Assembly: GCA_963765765.1 (NCBI GenBank)
Contig: CAVXYC010000020.1
Location: 640,001-704,000 of the forward strand
DNA length: 64,000 nt
Direction of reading: 5' to 3'
Source: an uncultured Chloroflexia bacterium
GTDB taxonomy: Bacteria > Chloroflexota > UBA6077 > JACCZL01
A program made the position numbers and the translations under genes. Position 1 is the stretch's first letter; each line of letters opens with the position of its first letter. The notes under the pieces are model-generated. The model did not search any database and had not been told where the DNA came from. It worked only from the letters and a program-made list of their open reading frames with translations. This document shows, piece after piece, positions 1 to 9,913 of this stretch.

Positions 1-98
1 GGCTCCTGGAGAAGTTCGGCTTTACGGAAGAGCATGTGGTGACCGCGGCCAGAGAGCAGATTGCTCGTGTGCGCGGAGTGGCCGAGCCGGTTGGCTGA
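1..98 (+). CDS. tkt: Transketolase, C-terminal end (partial)
   Basis: Frame from nt 3 reads LLEKFGFTEEHVVTAAREQIARVRGVAEPVG*, a typical transketolase C-terminus (FGFT.E.VV.AA); lies directly upstream of tal/pgi. Confidence 0.75.
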   Translation, partial: LLEKFGFTEEHVVTAAREQIARVRGVAEPVG

Positions 99-108
99 GG
101 GAGCATCA

Positions 109-872
109 ATGACGAACGCCACGGCTCCCGTCGTCTTCCTGATCGATGTCGACAACACGCTTCTCGACAACGACGCGGTCCTGTCCGACCTCCAGGAGCA
201 CGTGTATCAGGAGTTCGGAGCGGCCTGCTGGGAACGGTACTGGGCAATCTTGATGACGCTCTGGGACGAGCTGGGTTACCGAGATTACCTGGGCGCACTG
301 CAGCGCTACCGTATCGAGCACCCGCGCGACCCGCACCTGCTGGCCTGTCCTTTTTCCTGGTCGACTATCCATTCGCTGACCGGATGTTCCCGGCTGCGTT
401 CGACGTGCTCGCCCGGCTGCGTAGCTGGGGGCCGACGGCGATCTTGTCGGACGGCGACGTCGTGTTCCAGCCCCGCAAGGTTCAGCGGTCGGGAATCTGG
501 CGCGCCGTCGATGGGCACGTGCTGATCTACATTCACAAGGAGCGCGAGCTTGACGATGTCGCAGAGCGCTACCCGGCCCAGCACTATGTGCTGATCGACG
601 ACAAGCTGGCGATCCTGACGCCCGTAAAGCGCGCGTGGGGCGAGCGCCTGACGACCGTTTTTCCGCGGCAGGGCCAGTACGCATATGATCCGAAGATCAT
701 TGCCGCCAACCCACCCGCGGATGTCACCATCGAACGGATCGGCGATCTGCTTTCGTATGACCTGCCGACGCTACTGGCAGCTGCGCGACCGGCCGACGTG
801 CTGGGCGCGGCAGATGGTCATTCGGACGACGCGGCGGCGTCACGAGTAGCCACCTCGCCCGTTCACAAATAA
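109..872 (+). CDS. HAD-superfamily hydrolase (frameshift near 345)
   Basis: Motif I FLIDVDNTLLD in ORF 61-525; LSDGD and LIDDK motifs in ORF 384-872. Confidence 0.8.
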
Positions 873-886
873 AGGAGCGAAAAGCC

Positions 887-1972
887 ATGAGACCCACCCA
901 GCAGCTTCACGAGGCCGGCCAGAGCATCTGGCTGGACAATATCACGCGCGCCCTACTGACCAGCGGAACCTTGAGGCGCTACATCGACGAGCTCTCGGTC
1001 ACTGGGCTTACTTCGAATCCGACGATCTTCGACAACGCCATCAAGAACAGCCAGGACTACGACGCCGCGATCGCTCAGAAGATGGCTGACGGTAAGTCCG
1101 GTGAGGAGCTGTTCTTCGAGCTGGCCCTTGAGGACTTAACCCAGGCGGCCGATCTTTTCCACTCGATCAACGTCGCGACCAACGGCATCGACGGATGGGT
1201 CTCGCTGGAGGTCTCTCCGAAGCTCGCGTACGACACGGCAAGCACGCTGGCGGCAGCGAAAGCGCTGCACACTCGAGCCGGTCGGCCGAACCTCTTCATC
1301 AAGATCCCCGGGACCCCCGAGGGCCTGCCGGCCATCGAGGAGGCCATCTTTGCCGGCGTGCCGATAAATGTCACGCTCCTCTTCTCGCGGGAGCAGTATC
1401 TTGCCGCCGCCGAGGCTTACATGCGCGGCCTGGAGCGGCGCCTGGAGGCCGGCCTCAACCTGGCCGTCTGCTCCGTGGCCTCGCTGTTCATCAGCCGCTG
1501 GGATAAGGCCGTCGCCAAGCTCGTTCCGACGGAGATGCACAACATCCTCGGCATCGCCGTAGCCAGGCGGACCTACAAAGCCTATCGCGATCTGATCAAC
1601 TCGCCGCGCTACGGGCGGCTCGCCAATGCTGGCGCCCGACCGCAGCGGTTGCTCTGGGCCAGTACGGGCACCAAAGATCCCGATGCGTCGGACGTGTTGT
1701 ATGTCAAGGCACTGCAGGCGCCGTTCACCGTCAACACAATGCCCGAGGAGACGCTGCTTGACTTCGCGGACCACGGCGAGATTGCCCAGCCGCTGGCGGC
1801 CGACGGAGGCGATGCTGAGGCAACGCTCGCCCGCTTCGCGGAGCAGGGCGTGGACGTAGACGCGCTTGCCGCCCAGCTTCAGACCGAAGGCGCCGACGCC
1901 TTCGTGAAGTCCTGGAATGAGCTGATGGACTGCATGACGGCGAAGAGCAACCAGCTCGTTAGCGCGCGCTGA
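887..1972 (+). CDS. tal: Transaldolase
   Basis: SIWLDNI, GLTSNPTIF, VSLEVSP, NLFIKIP, INVTLLFS, LWASTGTK motifs; AGGAG RBS. Confidence 0.95.
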   Translation: MRPTQQLHEAGQSIWLDNITRALLTSGTLRRYIDELSVTGLTSNPTIFDNAIKNSQDYDAAIAQKMADGKSGEELFFELALEDLTQAADLFHSINVATNGIDGWVSLEVSPKLAYDTASTLAAAKALHTRAGRPNLFIKIPGTPEGLPAIEEAIFAGVPINVTLLFSREQYLAAAEAYMRGLERRLEAGLNLAVCSVASLFISRWDKAVAKLVPTEMHNILGIAVARRTYKAYRDLINSPRYGRLANAGARPQRLLWASTGTKDPDASDVLYVKALQAPFTVNTMPEETLLDFADHGEIAQPLAADGGDAEATLARFAEQGVDVDALAAQLQTEGADAFVKSWNELMDCMTAKSNQLVSAR

Positions 1973-1993
1973 GCGGAGCGGGAGGAGATAGCT

Positions 1994-3637
1994 ATGATCG
2001 CCGACACTCCGGCGCTCGCGCAGCGACCGGCCTGGCAAGCGCTCGGGCCACACTATGAGCAGCTTCGGCACACACACATGCGCCAGCTTTTTGCTGACGA
2101 TCCCGGCCGTGGTGAACGTTTCGCCGTTGACGGAGCCGGGCTCTATCTGGACTATTCGAAGCACCGCGTCACCGGCGAGACGCTGAAGCTGCTCCTGCAG
2201 CTCGCCGACGAGAGCGACCTGCGCGGGCGCATCGACGCCATGTTCCAGGGCGAGAAAATTAACGTCACCGAGCAGCGCGCCGTCCTACACGTGGCGCTAC
2301 GGGCGCCAAGAAATATGTCAATCATGGTCGACGGTGAGAACGTCGTGCCCCAGGTGCACGCGGTGCTCGACCGGATGGCGGACCTCTCCGATCGCGTCCG
2401 CGGCGGCGCCTGGACCGGCCACACGGGTCAGCGGATCCGCAATGTCGTCAACATCGGCATCGGCGGTTCCGACCTCGGCCCCGTCATGGCTTACGAGGCG
2501 CTGCGCCACTACAGCGCGCGCGATATGACGTTTCGATTCGTCTCTAACGTCGACGGCACGGATTTCGCCGAGGCCACGCACGATCTCGACCCCGCCGAGA
2601 CGATGTTCATCATCTCATCCAAGACGTTCACCACCCTTGAGACGATGACCAACGCTCGCACCGCGCGTGATTGGAGCTTACGTACACTGGGCGACGAGCG
2701 GGCCGTGGCGAAGCACTTCGTCGCGGTGTCGACGAACGCCGAGGAGGTCGCCAGGTTCGGCATCGATACCGCCAACATGTTCGGCTTCTGGGACTGGGTC
2801 GGCGGGCGATACTCGATGGACTCTGCGATCGGCCTCTCGACCATGCTGGCGATCGGGCCGGACGGCTTCCGCGAGATGCTGGCCGGCTTCCACGCCATGG
2901 ACGAGCATTTCCGAACGACGCCTTTCGAGCGCAACCTGCCGGTGCTCATGGGACTCCTCGCCGTCTGGTACGTCGACTTCTTCGGCGCCGAGACGGTTGC
3001 TGTGCTGCCCTATGACCAGTATCTCAAGCGATTTCCGGCCTACTTGCAGCAGCTCACGATGGAGAGCAACGGCAAGCACGTCACACTCGATGGCGCGCAG
3101 GTAAGCTACGACACCAGCCCGATCTATTGGGGCGAGCCCGGCACGAACGGCCAGCACTCGTTCTACCAGCTCATCCACCAGGGCACGCGATTGATCCCGT
3201 GTGACTTCATCGGGTTCTGTCGGACGTTGAACCCGTTGGGCAGCCACCACGACATCTTAATGGCGAACCTCTTCGCGCAGAGCGAAGCGCTGGCATTGGG
3301 CAAGACAGAGTCAGAGGTTAAGGCCGAAGGGACGCCGGACTGGCTGGCGCCACACCGCACGTTCGAAGGCAACCGCCCCTCGAGCACCATTCTCGCGGAC
3401 CGGCTGACGCCGGAGTCGCTCGGCAAGCTGGTCGCGCTCTACGAGCACAGCGTATTCACACAGGGAGTCATCTGGGACGTCGACCAGTTCGATCAGTGGG
3501 GAGTCGAGCTAGGCAAAGTGCTGGCGGGTCGCATTATCCCCGAGCTGGAGGACACCGGCGAGCCGCCGCTTCAGCACGACAGTTCGACGAACACACTAAT
3601 CAAGCGCTATCGCGCGCATCGGGAGGAAACCTCATGA
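1994..3637 (+). CDS. pgi: Glucose-6-phosphate isomerase
   Basis: [54 protein letters not shown]. Confidence 0.97.
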   Translation: MIADTPALAQRPAWQALGPHYEQLRHTHMRQLFADDPGRGERFAVDGAGLYLDYSKHRVTGETLKLLLQLADESDLRGRIDAMFQGEKINVTEQRAVLHVALRAPRNMSIMVDGENVVPQVHAVLDRMADLSDRVRGGAWTGHTGQRIRNVVNIGIGGSDLGPVMAYEALRHYSARDMTFRFVSNVDGTDFAEATHDLDPAETMFIISSKTFTTLETMTNARTARDWSLRTLGDERAVAKHFVAVSTNAEEVARFGIDTANMFGFWDWVGGRYSMDSAIGLSTMLAIGPDGFREMLAGFHAMDEHFRTTPFERNLPVLMGLLAVWYVDFFGAETVAVLPYDQYLKRFPAYLQQLTMESNGKHVTLDGAQVSYDTSPIYWGEPGTNGQHSFYQLIHQGTRLIPCDFIGFCRTLNPLGSHHDILMANLFAQSEALALGKTESEVKAEGTPDWLAPHRTFEGNRPSSTILADRLTPESLGKLVALYEHSVFTQGVIWDVDQFDQWGVELGKVLAGRIIPELEDTGEPPLQHDSSTNTLIKRYRAHREETS

Positions 3638-4578
3638 GCGTGGGCTATAACCGGCCACTCTACATATTGCCGTTCGACCACCGCGCCTCTTTCCAGACCG
3701 GGCTGTTTGGCTGGAAAGGCACGATCAACGCCGAACAGACTGCCCGTGTCACGGCTTCCAAGCAGGTGGTCTACGATGGCGTCAAGGTTGCTCTGGCCAA
3801 CGGCCTCCCCAAGGAGCACGCCGGCATCCTGGTCGACGAGCAGTTCGGCGCGGGCATCCTGGCCGACGCCGCGAAGACAGGCATCATCACATCCGCTCCA
3901 GCGGAGAAGAGTGGCCTGGCTGAATTCGACTTCGAGTACGGCGCCCACTTCGCTGACCACATCGAGGCCGTGGACCCCACCTTCTGTAAGGTGCTGGTCC
4001 GCTACAACCCCGAAGGCGACCCGGCGATGAACGCCCGCCAGGCCGCACGCCTGTGCCAGCTTTCAGAGTACCTGCATGCCCACAATCGACTTTACATGTT
4101 CGAATTACTCGTACCTGCCGAAGCAGCTCAGCTTGAACGCCTGGGCGGCGACCAGCACGCGTACGACCGCGAGTTACGCCCGAGGCTCATGGTTGGCGCC
4201 ATTCGTGAGCTACAGGATGCGGGGGTCGATCCAGATGTCTGGAAAATAGAGGGGCTTGACCAAAAGTCGGATTGCGAGGAGATCGTCGCCGTTGCGCAGC
4301 GCGATGGGCGTTCGGATGTCGGCTGCATCATCCTGGGCCGCGGCGAGAACGAACAGAAGGTCATCGAGTGGCTGAGCACCGCGGCGGCCGTACCGGGTTT
4401 CATTGGCTTCGCCGTGGGCCGGACGAGCTTCTGGGATGCATTGGTGGACTGGCGAGACGGTCGGATATCCGCTGAGGAGGCGTCAGCCCAGATTGCGAGT
4501 CGGTACGGCAAGTGGGTCGCCATTTTCGATAAGGCCCGAACTGCCGCCAGCTCATCAAGGCCGGCGATCGCGCACTGA
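3634..4578 (+). CDS. DUF2090 family class I aldolase-like protein (IolC C-terminal-like domain, stand-alone)
   Basis: [52 protein letters not shown]; ATG overlaps the pgi stop. Confidence 0.8.
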   Translation: MSVGYNRPLYILPFDHRASFQTGLFGWKGTINAEQTARVTASKQVVYDGVKVALANGLPKEHAGILVDEQFGAGILADAAKTGIITSAPAEKSGLAEFDFEYGAHFADHIEAVDPTFCKVLVRYNPEGDPAMNARQAARLCQLSEYLHAHNRLYMFELLVPAEAAQLERLGGDQHAYDRELRPRLMVGAIRELQDAGVDPDVWKIEGLDQKSDCEEIVAVAQRDGRSDVGCIILGRGENEQKVIEWLSTAAAVPGFIGFAVGRTSFWDALVDWRDGRISAEEASAQIASRYGKWVAIFDKARTAASSSRPAIAH

Positions 4579-4980
4579 GCATCCACCCCCCGTAAGTCGC
4601 CCTTGCGCACCGTCATCAAAGGTGGTGATCCGCTTGTGCCCTGACATCCAACAGTACCAGGCTCGGCGACATCACCCGCTAAAGCGAGGTCAAGACTTCC
4701 GCGGGCAGCTCAGCACCAGCTGGGCACGGTCCGCGGAAGCCATCCGGCTCGACCGGGGCCCACAGCGCCGCTTCCTCGAAGGCCCGGGGCCCGAATCGGC
4801 GGGCACGACATTTCCTTGTCAGGAGAGCCGACGTGCTCGCCGCCAAGGACATCCGGTACTCGGCTGGGGCGCGGTCCCAGCGAGCGTAACGTTTCACTTT
4901 ATTGGCAACACTCGCCAACGAACCGGGCGAAGTCAACGTCGCCACGAACCTAGAGATGATCGCCAAGGTGGGACACGACA

Positions 4981-6588
4981 ATGATCAAAAAGACCGGTCT
5001 CTTCACCATCGTCATGGCGCTCGCCACGTTCGTGGTTGTGATCGACAACACGATCATGAACGTCTCTATCAATGCGCTGGTTCGAGATCTGAACACTACG
5101 ATCTCAGGCGTACAAGCGGCGATCTCCTTGAACGCCCTCACGATGGCAGCCTTCGTCCTCATGGGCGGGAAATTGGCCGACATCCTTGGGATCAAGAAGA
5201 CGTTCCTCGCCGGAAGTGTCACCTACATTGCGGGCACCGTTATCGCTTCGCTCAGCACGAACCTGGCGACGTTCATGCTGGGCTGGTGTGCCATCCAGGG
5301 AGTCGGCGCCGCACTGATGTTGCCCAACGTGCAGACTGCGATCCGAGAGTATCTCAGCGGCGAGTCTCGAGCTAAATCGTACGGAATCATGGGCGGGGTA
5401 AATGCGCTCGGCGTTGCTGTCGGCCCCATCTTAGGCGGATTCCTGACGACGTTTTTTAGCTGGCGGTGGGCATTTGCCCTTGAAATCCTCATCCTTGGGG
5501 CCATGCTCGTGTTCAGCGGTGTCATACCCGCTGATGCTCTGAAGAAGGCTCGAGCGAATCTCGATCGGGCCGGCGTTGCGCTCCAGGCGTGTGCCATGAT
5601 TTTTCTAGTGCTTGGCGTTCTTCTTATCAGCGATTTTGGAGTTTTCTTCGCCAAGCAGCCACTCTACATCGGCAACATCAATGTCGCGTTTTTCGGTTTG
5701 TCCCCGGCTCTCTACTCATTCATGCTGGGAATTATCTTCACACTTCTATTCATTCGGTGGGAGCATCACCTTGAAGAGAATGGGCAACCGATCCTACTAA
5801 ATCTCGCCCTCTTTGCGAATGGAATCTTTAAGAATGGCGTTGAAATAGCTTCGTTTCAAACAATGATGATTGCCGGTGTCTTGTTCACCGTGCCGCTTTT
5901 CTTACAAGTTACGTACGGCCTGAATCCGCTTCAGTCAGGCTTCTACCTCTTGCCTCTCTCCATTGCTGTGCTCATATTCGCGCTTCTCGGTGTTCGGCTA
6001 GGCAGGCGTACATCGATGCGGTCGGTCATGCTTCTTGGGTGGGTTACTGTGATATTGAGCGCAGGGATCTTGCTTCTGAGAATGAGCGAAGGTAGCGAGC
6101 CTCAAGATCTCATTCTTGGATTGGCAATCTTTGGCGCCGGCATGGGATTGTTGTCGTCCCAGACAGCTAATGTCGTCATGTCTTCAATCAAACGCGCGGA
6201 AAGCGCTGAGGCGTCAGGAGCACTCAATACGTTTCAACAGCTCGGCAATTCAGTCGGTGTCGCGATACTTGGCACCATCTTATCTGTCACGCTCGTCTAC
6301 AACTTATCGATTCAAGTGGAACAGAGCTCCATAGCCGCCGAGACGAAGCCAACTGTCATTGAAGAGCTTCAAGGTGGCGTGGAGATCGCATCGACCGCGT
6401 ATGTTGAGCAAGCGGTAGCGCAGAAAACGTCGAATGAGCAGGCGGCATCGATCGCAGCAATCTATGCATCGGCGCGGAGTGCGGCGTTCCAGGTAACCGC
6501 GCTCGCGATCGGCTTCTTTGCGATTCTTGCTCTCATTCTGACGACCGCGATCCCGAAGAGGCTGGAAGAGCCGGCCGAGGAATACTGA
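4981..6588 (+). CDS. MFS transporter, DHA2-like (14 TMS)
   Basis: IDNTIMNVSI, GGKLADILG, GPILGGFLT, SWRWAF; visibly more AT-rich codon usage than its neighbours. Confidence 0.85.
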   Translation: MIKKTGLFTIVMALATFVVVIDNTIMNVSINALVRDLNTTISGVQAAISLNALTMAAFVLMGGKLADILGIKKTFLAGSVTYIAGTVIASLSTNLATFMLGWCAIQGVGAALMLPNVQTAIREYLSGESRAKSYGIMGGVNALGVAVGPILGGFLTTFFSWRWAFALEILILGAMLVFSGVIPADALKKARANLDRAGVALQACAMIFLVLGVLLISDFGVFFAKQPLYIGNINVAFFGLSPALYSFMLGIIFTLLFIRWEHHLEENGQPILLNLALFANGIFKNGVEIASFQTMMIAGVLFTVPLFLQVTYGLNPLQSGFYLLPLSIAVLIFALLGVRLGRRTSMRSVMLLGWVTVILSAGILLLRMSEGSEPQDLILGLAIFGAGMGLLSSQTANVVMSSIKRAESAEASGALNTFQQLGNSVGVAILGTILSVTLVYNLSIQVEQSSIAAETKPTVIEELQGGVEIASTAYVEQAVAQKTSNEQAASIAAIYASARSAAFQVTALAIGFFAILALILTTAIPKRLEEPAEEY

Positions 6589-6745
6589 CCTGGCGATCCG
6601 CTCGTGCCCGGATGCCGCACAGTACCAGGCACGGGGTGCCATCCGGCCTCGGGTGTGAGCTCTGACCGCGGGTAGAGTGAAGCCTGCGGGCTGGCGTCGG
6701 ACCAGACGTTAGACGCAGCGACCGACCGGCGGAAGGAACTGCATC

Positions 6746-7300
6746 ATGGTCTTCAGAGAGCGGCGGGAAGAGCGGCGGACAGAGCGTGAAACGTTTGGCC
6801 GCGGCGGGAACGCGGTCCACTATCAAATGCGGCAGAAGATGGTGTCCATCGGCGACGACTACTGGATCGAGAACGACCAGGGCGAGCGGGCCTTCAAAGT
6901 CGACGGCAAGGCGCTAAGGGTCCGCCAGACGCTCACCCTGGAGGACGCAAACGGAAACGAGCAGTGCCGGATCCAGGAGCGCATGCTCCGAATCCGGGAC
7001 ACCATGGAGATCGAAGGTCCAGACGGCGCCCACCTGGCGACAATTAAGAAAGCATTAATTTCACCGCTCCGCGACCGCTGGAGCGTCGACGTCGCTGACG
7101 GGCAGGACCTCGAAGTTCAGGGCAACATCCTCGACCACGAGTACACGATCGAAGCGGACGGCGCCAAGGTGGCGGAGGTTTCGAAAAAGTGGTTCCGGAT
7201 TCGTGACACCTACGGGGTAGAGATTGCCCCCGGGCAGAAGGATGCTCTCATCCTGATGATCACGATCGCGGTGGATGAGATGGCTAACCCCGGCAGATGA
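6746..7300 (+). CDS. LURP-one-related / Tubby C-terminal-like protein
   Basis: YQMRQKMVSIGDDYWIE, FKVDGK, VQGNILDHEY, KWFRIRDTYGVEI. Confidence 0.8.
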   Translation: MVFRERREERRTERETFGRGGNAVHYQMRQKMVSIGDDYWIENDQGERAFKVDGKALRVRQTLTLEDANGNEQCRIQERMLRIRDTMEIEGPDGAHLATIKKALISPLRDRWSVDVADGQDLEVQGNILDHEYTIEADGAKVAEVSKKWFRIRDTYGVEIAPGQKDALILMITIAVDEMANPGR

Positions 7301-7402
7301 CCAAGACGGCTCGGGCAACCGGCACGTACGTGCCGGTTGCCGGGCGTTCGCCCGTGCGTTGACAGCAAGTCGATCTCAACGCGAGACATGGAGGAATACG
7401 CG

Positions 7403-8137
7403 ATGACCGCGCCAACAACTTCCGCCGAGGCTGAGCGCCTGGAGCGCCAGAAGCAGGAAGCCGCTCTGCGCGCGGTGGAATGGGTCGAATCGGGGATGGT
7501 CGTGGGCCTTGGAGCGGGCAGCACCGCCGCCTTCGCGGTGCGGCGTATCGCCGAGCTCCTACAGCAAGGAGAGCTGCACGACGTCGTCGGCATTCCCTGC
7601 TCGAACAAAGACGGGGCAACCGCGCTGCAGCTGGGTATCCCGCTCACGACCCTTGAGGAGCGTACGGCGATCGATCTCACCATCGACGGTGCGGACGAGG
7701 TGGATCCAGAGCTGAACTTGATCAAAGGCGGTGGTGGCTGCTTGTTTCACGAGAAAATCGTGGCCCAGGCGAGCCGACGGGAGATCATCATCGTCGACGC
7801 GAGCAAGCCCTCACCGCGACTGGGCACCAGGTGGGCGCTGCCCGTGGAAGTCATCCCATTCGGCTGGGGCTCACAGCTTCGCTTCCTGGAGAACCTCGGT
7901 GCCCAGGTCACCGTGCGCCAGACGTCCGATGGACGAGCCTTCAAGACGGACGAGGGCAACCTGATCCTCGACGCAGCCTTCGGCCCGATCGCGGATCCGT
8001 CAGCATTGGCGCGCGAGCTGGACGCCCGTACGGGAATCGTGGAGCACGGATTGTTCCTCGGCATAGCAACCGACCTACTGGTAGCCGGTGGCGAGGGCAT
8101 CCAGCACACCACGCGGGCACGGCGTCCGCAAGCATGA
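7403..8137 (+). CDS. rpiA: Ribose-5-phosphate isomerase A
   Basis: [36 protein letters not shown]; GGAGG RBS before ATG 7403. Confidence 0.95.
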   Translation: MTAPTTSAEAERLERQKQEAALRAVEWVESGMVVGLGAGSTAAFAVRRIAELLQQGELHDVVGIPCSNKDGATALQLGIPLTTLEERTAIDLTIDGADEVDPELNLIKGGGGCLFHEKIVAQASRREIIIVDASKPSPRLGTRWALPVEVIPFGWGSQLRFLENLGAQVTVRQTSDGRAFKTDEGNLILDAAFGPIADPSALARELDARTGIVEHGLFLGIATDLLVAGGEGIQHTTRARRPQA

Positions 8138-8680
8138 TGGTTCGCTTAGACGGCGACCTCCGAGTACGAACCCGACCCGTGAAGCTACGCGCTCCGATGC
8201 ACGAATTCGACTCGCTAATTCGGCCGTCTGAGAGATGCTGTTCGACGTCGAGACGAAGCCAGGTAGCGGGACGAAAGGCGCGGTCGCGGATGCCGTCTAC
8301 CCAGCCCATATTGGCATCCGTCAAGGTCCGGACACCAGTTCATGGCCTGCCTCATTGCGTCCGCACCAGCCGCCACAATGGCGGGCGTGCTGGTAGACGA
8401 GGAGCCCTGACTTGATGCCAACCTAGATGCGGCGTGGAGCTCCATCAGTGGCAGTTACGACTGGAGAGTCGAGCGCTTTTTTTGATCGCCCGCAAGAGGA
8501 CGGTCATACCGTACTGGCGGCACTCCGTCAGTACACCGTCAAAGCCTACTGGGTCGGCGCACTTCGGGGGCTCAAGTATGGACTCCGCCCCGCGCCTTGG
8601 TGGTAGCGTTGACGCTCTCGCGGCGTGAACAGGGCACGGACGACTACCTCCGACAAAGGGATTCGGAGGGTGATGACGCC

Positions 8681-9793
8681 ATGCCACGGACACCTGAGAG
8701 GCCCGGCTACGCGACGATCGTCGTGGCAGCGGTCATCATCGTTCTTGGGGGGATGTACGCCGCAGCACCGTTTCTGAGCTGGCTTCTCCTGGCGGTGCTG
8801 TTCGCCCTCCTCTGTTACCCGCCCTACGCCTGGATGCTCCGACGCGGCGTCCATGTGAGCCTGGCATTGACGCTGATCGCGCTCGTGCTGATCGCGGTGG
8901 TTGGTGCCCTGGCACTGATGGTGGCCACCTCGGTGTCGCAGATTCTTTCCAACCTTCCGCACTACCGGGACGACTTGGCCGTTCAGATTGCCAACTTAGA
9001 CGCCAGACTGGACGGGATAGGCATCGCGGTCCCACCAAATGCCGCGGCCGAGAGCATAAATGTCGACAACCTGATGGGCTGGTTCGCCTGGCTGCTTGGC
9101 CTTATCGCCGGAATGGTCTGGAATTTCTTCACCATCATCCTGATGTTGCTGTTTCTACTGGCCGATGGCCCGAGAATGCTCGCCCAGATGCGCGCCGGGC
9201 TCGGCGAGAGCCACCCGGTGGCCATTCGGCTGACGGCAGTTGGCCCCAAGGTGATCCGGTACTTCGGCGTCCGAGCCTACGTCAATCTGCTAACCGGGGT
9301 GGGGGCAAGCATCGCCTACTGGCTACTCGGTGTTGACTACGCCGTGCTCTGGGGCGTGCTGATGTTCTTCTTGAGCTTCGTCCCGTACCTCGGTATCTTT
9401 GTTGCCAGCGTGCCGCCGGTTCTGCTGGCCCTCGCCGAGTATGGCCCGGAGCGAGCAATGCTCGTGATAGCCGGTGTCACGGTCGTGAATGCAATCCTTG
9501 AGAATCTCGTCATGCCGCGGCTCGTCGGATCGAGCCTACACATTGCGCCGGGCGTCGTCTTCCTCTCGGTCTTCTTCTGGGCCTTGCTTCTCGGTCCGAG
9601 CGGCGCGCTGCTCGCGTCGTTCTTGACTGTGCTCGCGATCGTGCTCCTCGACAGTTATGAGTCGACGCGCTGGATGGCCCGAATGATGGCCGGCGGCGAT
9701 GACGACGAGCACTGGGCCAAACCGACGGCTGCTTGGCCCGCCGCACCGACAGGCGTTATCCGCGATGCGACCGCTGGGCGCGACGATGTATAG
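8681..9793 (+). CDS. AI-2E family transporter
   Basis: Hydrophobic profile; LSFVPYLG, ENLVMPRLVG, GPSGALLA motifs. Confidence 0.85.
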   Translation: MPRTPERPGYATIVVAAVIIVLGGMYAAAPFLSWLLLAVLFALLCYPPYAWMLRRGVHVSLALTLIALVLIAVVGALALMVATSVSQILSNLPHYRDDLAVQIANLDARLDGIGIAVPPNAAAESINVDNLMGWFAWLLGLIAGMVWNFFTIILMLLFLLADGPRMLAQMRAGLGESHPVAIRLTAVGPKVIRYFGVRAYVNLLTGVGASIAYWLLGVDYAVLWGVLMFFLSFVPYLGIFVASVPPVLLALAEYGPERAMLVIAGVTVVNAILENLVMPRLVGSSLHIAPGVVFLSVFFWALLLGPSGALLASFLTVLAIVLLDSYESTRWMARMMAGGDDDEHWAKPTAAWPAAPTGVIRDATAGRDDV

Positions 9794-9913
9794 CCACGAG
9801 GTAACAGGCTAGGTGCGTAATCAGCCAGGCGGATTAGCGACGAGCAGCAGACGCGGTCTATCTCTCAGCCGTGTGGATTGGGAGACTCGCTATACATTTG
9901 ACAGGCAATCGCC

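Noticed and set aside
1136-2164. Long antisense and alternative-frame ORFs (e.g. 1136-2164 -, 59483-60226 -, 34974 extension)
   Set aside because: Shadow ORFs typical of high-GC coding sequence; they overlap well-supported genes and lack motifs.
8140-8680. Long intergenic region with CTGAGAG...GACGAAAG, hammerhead-like
   Set aside because: The core does not match CUGANGA and the flanking stems could not be built.
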